Below, piece after piece: positions 23,066 to 35,004 of a stretch of 64,000 nt of DNA. Within the stretch, counting starts at the first letter, position 1. Each line of letters begins with the position of its first letter. Source of the stretch: Phaeosaccion multiseriatum (Eukaryota > Protista > Ochrophyta, other classes). The translations under genes were made by a program, and so were the position numbers. The stretch covers positions 1,550,001-1,614,000 of the forward strand of contig OZ218953.1 of the NCBI GenBank assembly GCA_965112735.1, in the 5' to 3' direction. Below the pieces are notes generated by a model, which did no database searches, had not been told where the DNA came from, and worked only from the letters and a program-made list of their open reading frames with translations.

Positions 23066-26000
23066 TTAGACCACGACTTCTCCTGTCTTGACCATGAGCA
23101 TTCCCGGATTGCCCCTCTTAGCCCTAGTCGGGAGGCCGAGTTCCTCCTTCAGATACGCCAACATGACCGGCCGAAGCACGCTGATACCACCCTCGCTTCC
23201 GTTTCCTCTGCCCGTAATGACTGCCAACGTGCCCTCCACCTTCTCCACATTGAGGGCGAAGCGGAGAGCGGCCTTGCCCGTGCTGACGGTGAAGCCGTGC
23301 AAGTCCAACTCCTTGCCCACACACCCCGGCTTCCAGTGCACAAACAGGCCGAGCTCGTGCCCCTTAGCGTAGACTTGATCGATGATGGCCTCCAGCGACG
23401 CAGCGGCTTGCGAGTCATCAGCACCACCAGCAGCACCACCACCACCGTCCAGCGCGAGAGTGTCAATCAAGGCCTGATACGTGACGAGCGTCGGCATGAT
23501 GCCGTTCTCCTCCATCTCTCCCAATACCGCTATAGCCCTGTCCTGCTCGCCCACCAAGCCCCATGCCTTGATGAGGCTGTTGAACGTTACAACGTCGGGC
23601 TTCGGCGTCGTTACACCCCCCCGCTTCTCCTGCTGCAGCATCTGTCGAAGGAGGTCGGCAGCCAGCTCGGGCTTGTGGGCCACGCCGTATGCGGCCACCA
23701 TGGCGTTGTAGGAGATGGTGTTGGGCTCACAGCCCTCCACTCGCCGCATCGCCTCCAACAAGCCGAGCGCCTTTTCGTACTGTCCTGCATTACCGCACGC
23801 GGTAATCGCAGAGTTGAATGAAATCACATCGGGCTGCAGGCCTGCTTCCAGCTGCATCTCCTCAAACAAGGCAAGCGCCCTTTCATACTGCCCTGCATTG
23901 CCGCACGCGGTAATCGCAGCATTGAAGGTGATCACCCCGGGCTCTTGCCCTGCTCTGCGCATTTCCTCCATCAACTCCAGCGCCTTCTCCCAATCGTTGG
24001 CAGCGGTGGCCGCCGACACGAGAGTGTTCCAAGTCACTTCATCGGGCCGCAACCCCACGCTCTGCATCTCCGCCTGTAGCTCCATCGCCTTGTCGAGATG
24101 CCCGGCCCTACTCGCTGCGTCCATGGCGGCGTTGTAGCTCATCTCGTCCACCGTCAGCCCCTTCTTCTCCATCTCGCGAAGCAGGTCCAGGGCTGTGTCC
24201 TCGCGACCGCCGCGTGCACAGGCACTCATGGCTGAGTTGTAGCTCACTGAGGTAGCCTCGGAGCCCAATTTCCTCAGCATGCGAAGCGCGAGCTCGACGT
24301 TGCCCGCCTTGCCTGCCCCGTTAATGAGGCTATTGTAAGTGATGGCATTGGGAACCAAACCGATTTCCTCCAACTCGGCAAACACCTCCAGCGCCTGGCC
24401 CATGGCGCCGCCGCTCCCACAGGCCGCAATCAGGGAATTGTACCCGCAAATGTCGGGCACCGCCCCTCTCTCTCGGTACTCCCTCAGTAAGTCCAGCCCC
24501 AATTGAAACATTCCAGCCCGCGCGCAACCGTCACACGCCGAGTTGTAGCTAATCTCGTCGGGGTCAACACCCTGATCTTCCATCTCGCGAAGCAAGGTCA
24601 CCGCGGCTTTGTAGTCTCCGGCGGCGGCCATAATGCCAATGACGGAGTTGAAGCTAATCCTATCCGGCGCACTCCCCTTGGCCCTCATGCCTCGCAGCAG
24701 GGCCAGGGCATCGTCTTTGAGCCCTGCGGCCCCTAATGCCATAATGGCAATGTTGTACGTCTTGACGTTGAGTGGCACGGGAGAGGTTTTCTCCATCTCG
24801 AGCATGGTGTACGTCATTTTTAAGGCGGTCTCAAAGTCCCCGGCGCGTCGGCAGGCATCCACCACTCCCGCCAGGCTCACCTCCGAGGGTTCCAGCCCCT
24901 TCGCCTGGGAGGGAGAGGGAGGCGAGTGAGGGGGGAGAGCAGAGAGAGGGTGGGTGGGTGAGTGAGTGAGGGAGGAGAATGAGTGAGGACAGTGGGCGAT
25001 TGAGTGAGTAAGGGAGGAGTGAGGGAGTCACGGACCGAGTGGGCGAGTGAGACTACCATGGCTAGAACAATTCGACTTCTCTCTCCCTGCCCCATGCATA
25101 CAAATGGCATGCTCGACTCACCACCATCTCCTCCAGGAGTGCGAGCGCCCCGATGTGGTCCAGAGCCCTGCCGCAGCTGACGATAGCGGAGTTGTAACTG
25201 TAGCCATCCCCCCCGCTCTCTCGCAGCAGCTCCATTGATTTTTCGTGCATCCCCGCCTGAGAAGTCGCAGAGATGGATGCGGTGTACGTGTAACTGTCGG
25301 GCTTGAGACCCTGGTGAGTGGATGGGGGGGAGATAGGTTAGGATCCAGGAGAGAGAGAGGACAGGGAGGCAGAGGGCGGGCGCGCGGGGGGGGGGGGGGC
25401 GAGGTGGTAAGGAATACGTGTCCGCGCGGGTACGCTTCAGAGTCAATCAATCAAGCATAAGCACGGCATTTTTAATACCCCGTTTTACTACACACAACTT
25501 CATATCTCTTACCAGGCGCTTCATGTCTTCCAGCAGCTGCATTGCGTCGTCTGGCATGAGCTTACACGCACTGATGGCCGAGTTGAAGCTGATTTCACTG
25601 GGTTGGATGCCTTTCTCCTGCATCTCTCGCAGCAGTTCCAGTGCCTTCTTTCCGTCGGGCGTCTTGGCGCAGCAGTCTAGAATGGTGTTGTACGTCACCT
25701 CATCAGGCGCCACACCCTCCCCCCGTCTCTTCTCCATCTCTCGCAGCAGTGCCTCCGCCCACTTGAGCTTGCCTGCGCGAGTGCATGCCGAAAGAGCGGT
25801 GTTGAAGGAGATTGTGTCCGGCTCGATACCCTTGGCCTGCATCTGCTTGAGCAGGGCCAGCGCCTCTCGAAATTGCCCTGTTGGGAAGGAAATTGGGGGT
25901 GTCCAAGGAATAGAATGAGAGAACAGGGGGTGAAGGAGAGGGGTCCGAAGGCGAAGTACGTAAGAGGGGACGGTACATTGCGAAAAAGCAAGAGGGGGAA

Positions 26001-27374
26001 GAAAAAGCAAAGCCGCGCATTTGGGCGGCGTGTCTGAGGTTCTCCAGCAGCTACAGCGCATTCAAGGCCGCTCCTTCACAGAGGTCAGAGCAGCACACCA
26101 AGCGGGTCCCTCGCCTTCCTGCGCCCTCTCTAGTGAAAGACCGGGGCAGACACACAGAAACGCACCCACCTGCTCGCGAACAGGCTTTCATGGCAGAGTT
26201 GAAGCTAATCACGTCGGGCTCCTTCATCTCCTTCAGCAGCGCGAGGGAGCCCTTCCACTTGCCGCAGTTCCCCAGCGCGCTTATCGCCGCGTTGAAGGAG
26301 TATGTGTTGGGCTGCAAACCCTCCCGCTTGGCTTGGCTCAGCAGTGCGGCCACCCCCTTCCAGTCTCCTTGAGTGCCGCAGGCTTTGATCTCACGCGTTA
26401 GTGTCACGTGCCTCGGCCTATCAGCGTCGAAAGGCTGGCCCCTCCCTCCCCTCCCTCCTCCCCTGCCTCGCCCTCCATAGCCCCCCCCGCCTCCTCGCCC
26501 TCGCCCCACGCCCCGGCCAGATCCTCGCCCCCTGCCGCCGTCGTACCCTTCCGATCTGTATTGATTGGCCCTCGGGTTGCCTCCTTCGAATTCGTTTTGA
26601 CCAAAGACACTCGAGCCAAAGATCCCTGCTCCGTTGAACTCACTCCCTCTTCCCCTGCCTCCTCCTCTTCCCCCTCCGCCCACAGGACCCATGAATCTGT
26701 CTTGCCCACCTTCCCGTCGTCCTCTACCTCCTCCTCTTCCTTCCCCCATTCGATTGATCAACCGGCCACCCCCCTCACCAAATCCCGTTTTTCCTCCGCC
26801 CTCTTGGCGGGAGTCGTACGGGTCCCGCTGCTGCTGCTGCGGCTGCCGCTCCCCATAGGCATCTTGATGATTGTCCTGCCGCTCATCCCCCTCTCCATCG
26901 AACCAGTCCATCTGATCGAGCGGAGCACTACCAAGCGAGGTCCTTGCATCTCTGCCTCGTCTCCTATTCAAGCCGAACGGGGCGCCTCCAGCACCTACTC
27001 CGCCCCTTGGACTCTTTGCCCCCCCCTCTCCTTGTGGTGCCCATAGCCTCAAGGCAGAGGCTCCTACTCCAACCTGAGGAGCGTGCACAAACGCAACTTC
27101 TCCCCCTCCTCCTCCTCCTCTGTCTAACCAAGATCCCGTCATGGAGATGGAGAGAAAGAGAAAGAAAGAGGGTGGTGTAGTGTGTGGGTGGAGAGAGAGA
27201 GAGAAAGAACTGAAACTTCTTCATTGACTTACAAAACTTCGTCTTCTCCCTTTTCGGCTCCAGGCGAGGCTTCTCTCGACTTCTCCGCCCCCCCCGATAA
27301 GCAGAAGCCTGGCTGAGGCTGCCTGCGGCCGAAAGAAAGAAGCCCGGGGCTGGCCTGCGGCCAGAAGCCTGCAT
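23066..27374 (-). CDS. PPR-SMR protein #1: RGG-rich N-terminus, ~22 P-class PPR motifs, C-terminal SMR domain; 5 exons (first exon 27374-27233 tentative)
   Basis: Tandem ~35-aa repeats PD/PN-xx-S/T-F/Y-N-x-AI-xAC-x-x-AG. SMR motifs ELDLHGFTV..KAALR, VITGRGNGS, NPGMLMV. GT-AG junctions in phase. Confidence 0.92.
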
Positions 27375-27470
27375 AATCTCCCCCCCCCCCCCCTGAGCCC
27401 CCCTGAGCCCCCCTGAGAAGCCTGAAGCCCAGATCGCTGGTCGCTGGCCCTGCGGCCAGAAGCCCGGAGC
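27262..27470. repeat. Cluster of short GC-rich repeats: CCTGCGGCC(AGAAGCC) x3, GAAGCC x6, CCCCCTGAG x3
   Basis: Seen directly at ~27322, 27354, 27449 and 27389-27417. Overlaps the putative first exon and promoter of PPR-SMR #1. Confidence 0.7.
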
Positions 27471-27547
27471 GATTTTCCTTCCGCGCCAAGGGTATTTATT
27501 CTTTATTATCCTTCCGCGCTTTCAGATTTGGCAGCGCATTGCTCTAT

Positions 27548-27962
27548 TCAAACCTTGGCAGCCGCCCCTCCGAATATCCGTCGCCAAAGCGAGGGGCTCT
27601 TGACGGGCTCATTCCGAGCGTCATCGGCCTTCTCCGCAGCTCCAGCCCCCTCCACCTCAGCCTCGGCAGGGCAGGATACTGCAGCCTCGCCGCGCTGCTC
27701 AACCCTCTTCCTCTGCTGGGCACGAGGAGAGAGCCCCTCGGGATGGCGTGAGCTTCTACCCACCGCGCCAGTGCCGTGCTTCGTCGTCTGCAGCCTGACC
27801 GCTCTCTCTCGCTGGCCGGTGCGGAGCAGCGCCAGGACCACCGCCGCCTGAGCCGCCTCCTCTGCGTCCATCGAGTCAGAGGCCCACTTGGTGAGGGTCA
27901 CGAGCGTCCTCTCCTCCAGCTCCGAGCTTTCCCTGGCGAGGACATGTTGCCCCTCCTCCTCA

Positions 27963-27995
<33 letters not shown>

Positions 27996-30040
27996 TCGTC
28001 GTCCTCGTGGCCCAGGCTGCCTCCGAGTGACCTAAAGCGCAACCAAAGCAAAAGCAGGTTGCAAAAGCAGGTTGCAAAAGCAGGTTGGACCGGCGGTGCA
28101 GAGTTGCTTAGCTTCCCAATCAAAACACCTCTCCGTCCCAGTCAACCGTGTACTAACTTTAACTTGACTCTCCTCCCTGCCTACCCCACTCACTCACTTG
28201 AACACCTTCAATGCCTCTCTGTAGCGCCCCGCCTCCACGCACACCACCACAGCCGCGCAGCACGCCCTCTGCGCTGTCGTCGAGAGATGAGCCTCTGCGA
28301 CCACACCACTGGAACTGAAACTTGAACTGGCACTGGAACTGAAACTGGAAGAGAGAGAAGCCGGCCCTCTCTGTTGCAGGGCCCCCATCTCCATCCCCAT
28401 TCCCGAGGCCCCAGAGGCCTGTGGTTGTTGCTGCGTTTGTGGTTGTGATTGCTGTTGCTGTTGCTGTTGCCGCTGTCGTTGTCTCCTTTCCCTCAGTAAG
28501 CAGAGGGCCTCCTCGCAGTGCCCCAGCTTGGCGTGCGCCAGCAGCACGGCCCAGTAGCTCTCCTCGTCCAAGTCCAAGTCAAGCATCTCCAGAGCGCCTC
28601 TTTGCCGCCCTCGTTGCCTCCCTCCTCCTCCTCCTCCTCCTCTGCCTGCCCCTGCTCCTACCTCCGCCCCTGGTCTCGTCGCTGCCCCCACCACCGCTGA
28701 GTCTACCCCGCCCCCGCCCCCTCCCCGCTGCTGCTGGGACTGGGACGATACCATGCCCCGCATCCGCCTGCCGCGAGGGGCAGGCCTCTCCAAAGCCCCA
28801 AGCGTCGCCTGTGCCTCTTTGAACAGCTCCAGCACACGCCCGTACTGCCCCGCCGACGCACACGCCGCAATCAGCGTGCCCAGCGCCCCCACGTCGTTCT
28901 CAGCCTCTTGTTGGCGCAGCTCGGCAGTCAGCGCGGGGAGCTTTCGACCATCCACAGCGGCTTGCTGCTCGCCTTCGCCTTCACCGCCCCCTCCCCCTCC
29001 TCCTCGTGCTCGGTACCTGTCCTCCTTCTGACACGCTCTGAGGGTCTCTCTATACTCTCTGCTGATTGGAGCCCTCCTCCCCGCCCTTGGCCCCACCCCT
29101 GCCTCTCTGTGGTGCGTGCCCCCATCCCGCATGTCTGCAGAGAGCTGTAGCGCCTCCGCTGCTTTGCCTGGGGATGCGCAGAGGAGCGCAGAGGAGCGTT
29201 GGGAGGGAGGACGGACACACCCGAAACGACGATGAGGCGCAGAGGAGAGGGCGGAGTGGGAATGGTAAAGAAGTCGCGAGGAGAGGGGAGGGAAGGGGAG
29301 GGGAGGGGAGGGGAGGGGAGGGGAGGGCAGAGAAGGGGAGGGGAGGGGAGGGGAGGGCAGAGAAGGGGAGGGCAGAGAAGGGGAGGGGAGGGGAGGGGAG
29401 GGGAGGGGAGGGGAGGGGAGGGGAGGGGAGGGGAGGGGAGGGGAGGGGAGGGGAGGGGAGGGGAGGGGAGGGGAGGGGAGGGGAGGGGAGGGGAGGGGAG
29501 GGGAGAGGAGGGGAGGGGAGGGAAGAGGGAGGTCAAAGCCATACACCCCCCTCCCACACCCACCCTCAAGCCAGTGCTCCGTCTCGGCCCTACCGCAAGC
29601 AACTACACAGTCGAATACAAAGTCGCAGCACGCACTCACCGCCCATTCGAAGGCTACTGACGACAATGTCATGCGTTTCGCTGTCGGGTGGCAGCCCCTC
29701 CCCTCGCATCTCCTCCAGCAGCTCTCGAATCTGAGTAGCACCAAAAAGGCGGCAAGTGGGTGCGTGGGTGGGTGCGTTGGTGGGTGCGTGGGTGGGTGGG
29801 GGATGCAGAGAATGCAGAGGACGAGGGCACAGCAAGCACGTGGAAGAGGGAGGGCGTGGGGGGAGGGCGAGGTTGGAGAATATGTGGAACGTACCCACCC
29901 CACCCACCTCACGGCAGACATGGGAACAGGAACAGGAACAGGAACAGGAACAGGAACACGCTCTGCCCTGCCCTGCCCTGTATCACCAGCTGCCCTGCCT
30001 TGCCCTACCTTGCCCTGAAGTGCCCGCTCTCCGAAGAAAG

Positions 30041-30101
<61 letters not shown>

Positions 30102-33100
30102 GTTTAAAGTTCCACACCACGCCCCACCCCGCTCCGTTCTGCCTACCTTGTCGACTCTGCCTGCAGCCCCACACGCGACAATGGTGGCGTGGAAAGTGAC
30201 CCTATCGAGAGCGACGCCCCTCTCCCGCATGCTCGCAAGCACGGCGAGGGAGAGGTCGTAACGGCCCGACCTCCCCATCGCGTCTAGCAGCGACGTCAGC
30301 ACCACTCCGTTGGGCTGGGAGGGAGTGGGTGCATGTGCGGGTAAGAAGGGGAGGGAGGGAGGGGGGAATCAGGAAGGAGAGGAGGGAGGGAGCAAGGAAG
30401 GCAGGAAGCAGGAGACCACTTTCATGATTCGATCGTGGAGGGACGAAGGAGAGCCCACCCAGGTGGGGCCTTCGCAGAGAGAGGGAGAGAGCATGAGCGA
30501 AAAAGCCACAGCGGGCTGTACTGATATGACATCAAGGCATCTGCTTGCCCCTCCCCCCACATCCACGCCCTTCGCTGCCTCGTCTCGCTTGTCCTCTCTC
30601 TGACCACAAGGGATCTCCGCCTCCGTACCTCAATATCTCTGTCCTGCATTTCGCTGACCAGCTCCAGCGCCCTCTCGTGCTGCCCGGCCCTGCCGCAAGC
30701 TGAAATCGCAGAGCTGTACGTGACCACGGTGGGCTCAAGGCCGTTGGTCCGCATCTCTTCCAGCAGGTGCAGGGCCTTCTCGTGCTGGCCTGCCTTGACG
30801 CATGCCGCCATTAATGCTGTGTAAGCGGCTTCGTCAGGACGGACTCCGCTCTCTCGCATCTGCGCAAAGAGCCCAAGCGCTCGCTCGAACTGGCCTGCTT
30901 TGCCGCAAGCCGCAATGACACTGCTGTATGTGATGACGCCGGGCTGTGTGTGTGGGGGGGGGGGGGACAGAAAGAGGGTAAGGGGGAATCAGAGAGGGGA
31001 CAGGACGGGACGGAAGTAGACGAGGTTTGATGCCATGATGACTCTTCTTCGAGGACCTGTAGAGGTATAACCCTTCCCTCTACGTTCTGTCTCGCGGGTG
31101 CTGGCCACACGCCAAGCGCAAAAGCAAAGCAAAGCAAAGCAAAGCAAAAACAAGCACAAAAGGCGAGGAGGAGAAGCCCTCCCTCGACCGGCCAAGAGCC
31201 CCTTCTTCCCTGCCCCACCCCCCCCAAGAGGCTCACTCCTTCCTCGCCGCGTGACACGCTCGCGCTTCCTCACCTTTCGGCCCCGCTCCTGCATCTCTGT
31301 CAGGTACGCCAGTGCCTCTTCATACAGGCCCAGCTTTCCACACGCTCGAATCACCAGACCGTAGGCAACTTCATTCGGGTATGAGGCCCTACTGCTGCTG
31401 CTCCTGCTGCTCCTGCTGCTGCTGCTGCTCCTGCTGCCACTGCTGCTGCTGTTGCTGCCGGATTCCCTGTGCCCGAGGGGGCGGCGCGGGGGGGCCGGTG
31501 GTGGATAAAGCTCGCGCTGCATGTCTGCCCACAGATCCAAGGCGCGGCGGGACTCACCCGCCCTCAAGCAGGCGTCCATAGCAGAGCAATACACTACTTC
31601 GTTGGGCTGTAGACCCTCTCTGCACATGCCACTCAGCACTCCAAGCGCCTCCTGGTGTTGGCCGGCCCTGCCGCACGCAGTAATGACAGAGCTGTAGGTG
31701 GTGTCGTTGGGTTGGAGGCCTTCCTCGCGCATCTCACTCAGTAGACTTAGTGCCTTGTCCGCCTTCCCGACCATGGCACACGCAGCAATCGCAGAGCTGT
31801 ATGTATACACATTCGGTTGGAGGCCCTCCCTCCGCATCTCACTCAGCAGGCCCATCGCCCTCTCGTGCTGCCCTGCCTTGCCGCACGCGGTGATGGCACT
31901 CGTGTACGCGATCACGCCGGGCTGTATACCTCGCCTGTGCCGCACGGGGGGCGGGGGGTGAAGGGGAGGGCAGGGGAGACCAGGAGTGAGTGCGGCAAAG
32001 AAGCTGGAGCAGCGAAGGCAAGACAGTGACGTGACGGCGCGGTGGTACTCCGAATACTCCCCCCACCCCCCCCCGGGAGACGATTGTGAGCTGCGCCGCC
32101 TGGAGCACTGGCTCTCTGCACTGGGACAATATACACAGCTACCCACCCAACCCACACACCCACCGAATCATGTCCGCCCACAGCTGCATGGCCCGCTCTG
32201 GGTGGCCGGTCTTGTTGCACACGTGCATCATAGACGAGTACGTCACCACGTTGCGGTCCACTCTCTTCGATCGCATCTCCGCAAACACCTTGGGTGGGTC
32301 AAGTATGTGTTTCGGGGAGCAAAGGGAAGGGAGTGGTCATATATATATTGAGTGCTCCGTGATGGGAGGACAGGAAGGGCACACACTTACTGACGAGCAC
32401 AGACAATGCACGCTACTCTACACGGCTTCGCAGCCATAGTCCCCCCCACTTGTTCTAACGCTCCTCTCCGCATCTGCTACAACTCCTTTCCCCCTTTCAT
32501 TTAAATTTAAGTCCTTCTCTCTCGTACGGGTCCACGACAAAAAGCCTTCACCTCTTGAGCCTGGTCATAGCCTCCCGTTCGGGCATAGGCGTGAAGGACG
32601 GCGTTGAAGACGCGTGTCGTTGGGGTTATCCCATTCTCCTTCATCTCCGACAAGAACTGAGGGGCGCGGTGAGCTTCACCAGCCTTGCCACAGGCCGAAA
32701 TGAGGACGGTGTAGGTGAGCTCGTTGGGCCGCACGCCTTCCTCATGCATCTCGTCGAGCAACCTCAAGCAGCCGTGCCATCGCCGCGAGTCGCCGAAGGC
32801 ACTTATCGCCGCGGTATAGATGATGACATTCAGCTTTGTGCCTTCGCTCCGGGCCTTGTCAAGCGCAGCTCTCACTCCCTCTGTGTTGCGTCGCTTGCCA
32901 CACGCTTGAATGGCCCGCAAAACCTTCTTCTGGGCACCAACCATCTCTTGCGTTTCAACCGGCGCCTCGGTGGGACCCATTGCGTAGGCACGACTGCGTT
33001 TATATACATTGCTACCGCTGCTGCTGCGGGCGCGAGACGCTGATACAGAGGGCTGAGGTGCGGACGATTGAGGCACTCCACTGGACGACGACTTTCCCAT

Positions 33101-33340
33101 GTTCGCTTCTGCGTCTCCAGGAAGAGACCTGGCAGCGACTGCTGCATCATCACCACCAACAACACTGCTACTGGCCGTATTCGTTGCAGGCGCAGCGCTG
33201 TGAGTGGCAAATGCTCGGCGAGTCCCTCTGCTGCTGAGGTTGTCCCATCCTCCCCCCCTCTTCGCGCCAGGCCATGCGAAGCGAGTGCTACCCTGCTGTA
33301 GACTCCTCTCTAGTAACCTCCTCCGCGTACCGGCGTACAT
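27548..33340 (-). CDS. P-class PPR protein (~16 clear motifs plus degenerate C-terminal ones) with an Arg-rich mitochondrial-like presequence; 8 exons
   Basis: Repeats such as PGVIAYTSAITACGKAGQHERAMGLLSEMRREGLQ. N-terminus MYAGTRRRLLERSLQQGSTRFAW...RRAFATHS. Splice junctions in phase, the last being FK-SLGG (28198 to 28031). Confidence 0.88.
29281..29525. repeat. (GGGGA)n pentanucleotide satellite inside a PPR-gene intron
   Basis: About 245 bp, nearly pure purine on the + strand; generates the PSPPL and GGEGR shadow ORFs. Confidence 0.97.
30042..30097. repeat. (CA)n microsatellite in a PPR-gene intron
   Basis: Perfect dinucleotide run. Confidence 0.97.
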
Positions 33341-33481
33341 GCACGCCACAGCCTCGCTCTCCCCCTTCTCGCGCTCTTCTCGGTGCCTGCAGAAAAGTCA
33401 ACAAAAATATTACTAGTATGTCAACAATTTTTTTTTCTTTCTCCCATCTTGCTCCTCTTCCTCTTTTTGTGAGTCCTCCCT

Positions 33482-34811
33482 ATGCGTCAATTACGGGCCT
33501 TGCTCTTATGTTTGCTCTTGCAAAGCCATCCATGCACGTCCTTTACGTCTCCTACGAGGCTGAAACCTTTTAGAGCCTCTCCGTCCTCTCTCCCTCTCTC
33601 TTCCACCGTACCTGCTCCGACTCCATTAGAATCGAGCTCGAGAGAGAGGTCGAGCTCGAGACAGGCGCCAAAACAAGGTGTGACATGCAGCTGGTCCTAT
33701 GTAGTAAATTTCCCGTTCCCTCTTTCTCCTCCTTTTTATCTCTCAACTCTCCCTCTCTTCTCTCTCTCTCCTTCTCTCGCTCTCTCTCCTCCTCTCCCAA
33801 CTCTTCCTTTGTACTCTCTCTCAATTTTGCTGCATGGCATCACCACGCCAAATCTTGCTCCTCCTCCTCCTCCTCCTCCTCCTCCTCCTCCTCCTCCTCC
33901 TCCTCCTCCTCCTCCTCCTCTATTTCTTCCGGCTTGTTCGCCTAGACGTGCCGTTTGTGGGCGCAGGTGCTTTGGCGCTGGTGGTCGCGGGCCTGCAGAT
34001 GGCGGTCTCAGTGCTGTCACCGTTGGCTTCCTTCGCAATGGATCAAGACTACACCATGCCAGGTATGGATGGCACTTTCGGGAACCTTATCGGCAAATGG
34101 GGCGCAAAGTCTTCCCTCATATCTTCGTTGGAGCTTGCGCCGCTTACCGCCGTGCCGCTCCCTTCTTTCTCCTGCCCTCAGGGATGGGCGGCTGTCTGCA
34201 GGACTCCAACCCTTCGACCACCACCGTAACGTGCAACAGGTAGTGGAAGGAAAGCGGACCCACAGAGTGCCCATGCCCACAGCCCAGGCTCCACTTGGGG
34301 GTCGTGATGGATCTCTGGGTCGGGATATAGGCCAAGGGAAGGAAAGGCATAAAGGCACCCTCCTTGCTCATATGTCATTGCGCCACCTCGTTCTCTTCCC
34401 TCCCTTCCTCCCTGGCACGCCAACTCTACAGGGTCGGCCTTAATAGTGAAGGTCGCCTTTTCCCCTGCCGCGCTGCAGAGGTACGTAAAACAACGGACAT
34501 CATTGTACTCGACTTCACTCATACATGCAAGTCGGCGCCCGAGAGATGTAGTCGTAGCTGGGGACAGGAAGGGGCGGAGGACAGGCACTCTAATGAGGTA
34601 CCATTCTTTCCAATCAGGAGGAGGACTCAACTGGTGCGAGGGACGGAGCATGCAGGTGCACCGTTCCTCTCGCTCAGAGGCTCTAAGAGCTTTCTGCCAA
34701 GGGCGTTGCCATCTCCTTTCTCCCCGCTCTGTCACCGCCCGCGCCCCGCTTCTCCCTTACCCTGCTTCTCTGTCTCTCTTGCTCTCCCTCTCTCTTGCTC
34801 TCTCTCTCTCT

Positions 34812-34848
<37 letters not shown>

Positions 34849-34962
34849 AACTGCCTGAGCACCTCCTCCGCTAAAACGCCCTCTAAGGTAGGCCTTCGAG
34901 AGCCCCCATCCAGCCCCCCCCAGTCCCCTCGCCCACGCACACACATGCTGACATATACATAT

Positions 34963-35004
<42 letters not shown>

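Noticed and set aside
27123-28198. Splice fusion of the P-class PPR to PPR-SMR #1 into one giant protein
   Set aside because: The donor at 28198 is phase 2 and the acceptor at 27123 is phase 1. The upstream gene also has its own stop and AATAAA motifs.
28194-30305. 703-aa ORF with PSPPL and CVCV repeats as a single extensin-like protein
   Set aside because: It reads through two introns containing (GGGGA)n and (CA)n. Only three segments are PPR exons, each with proper GT-AG boundaries.
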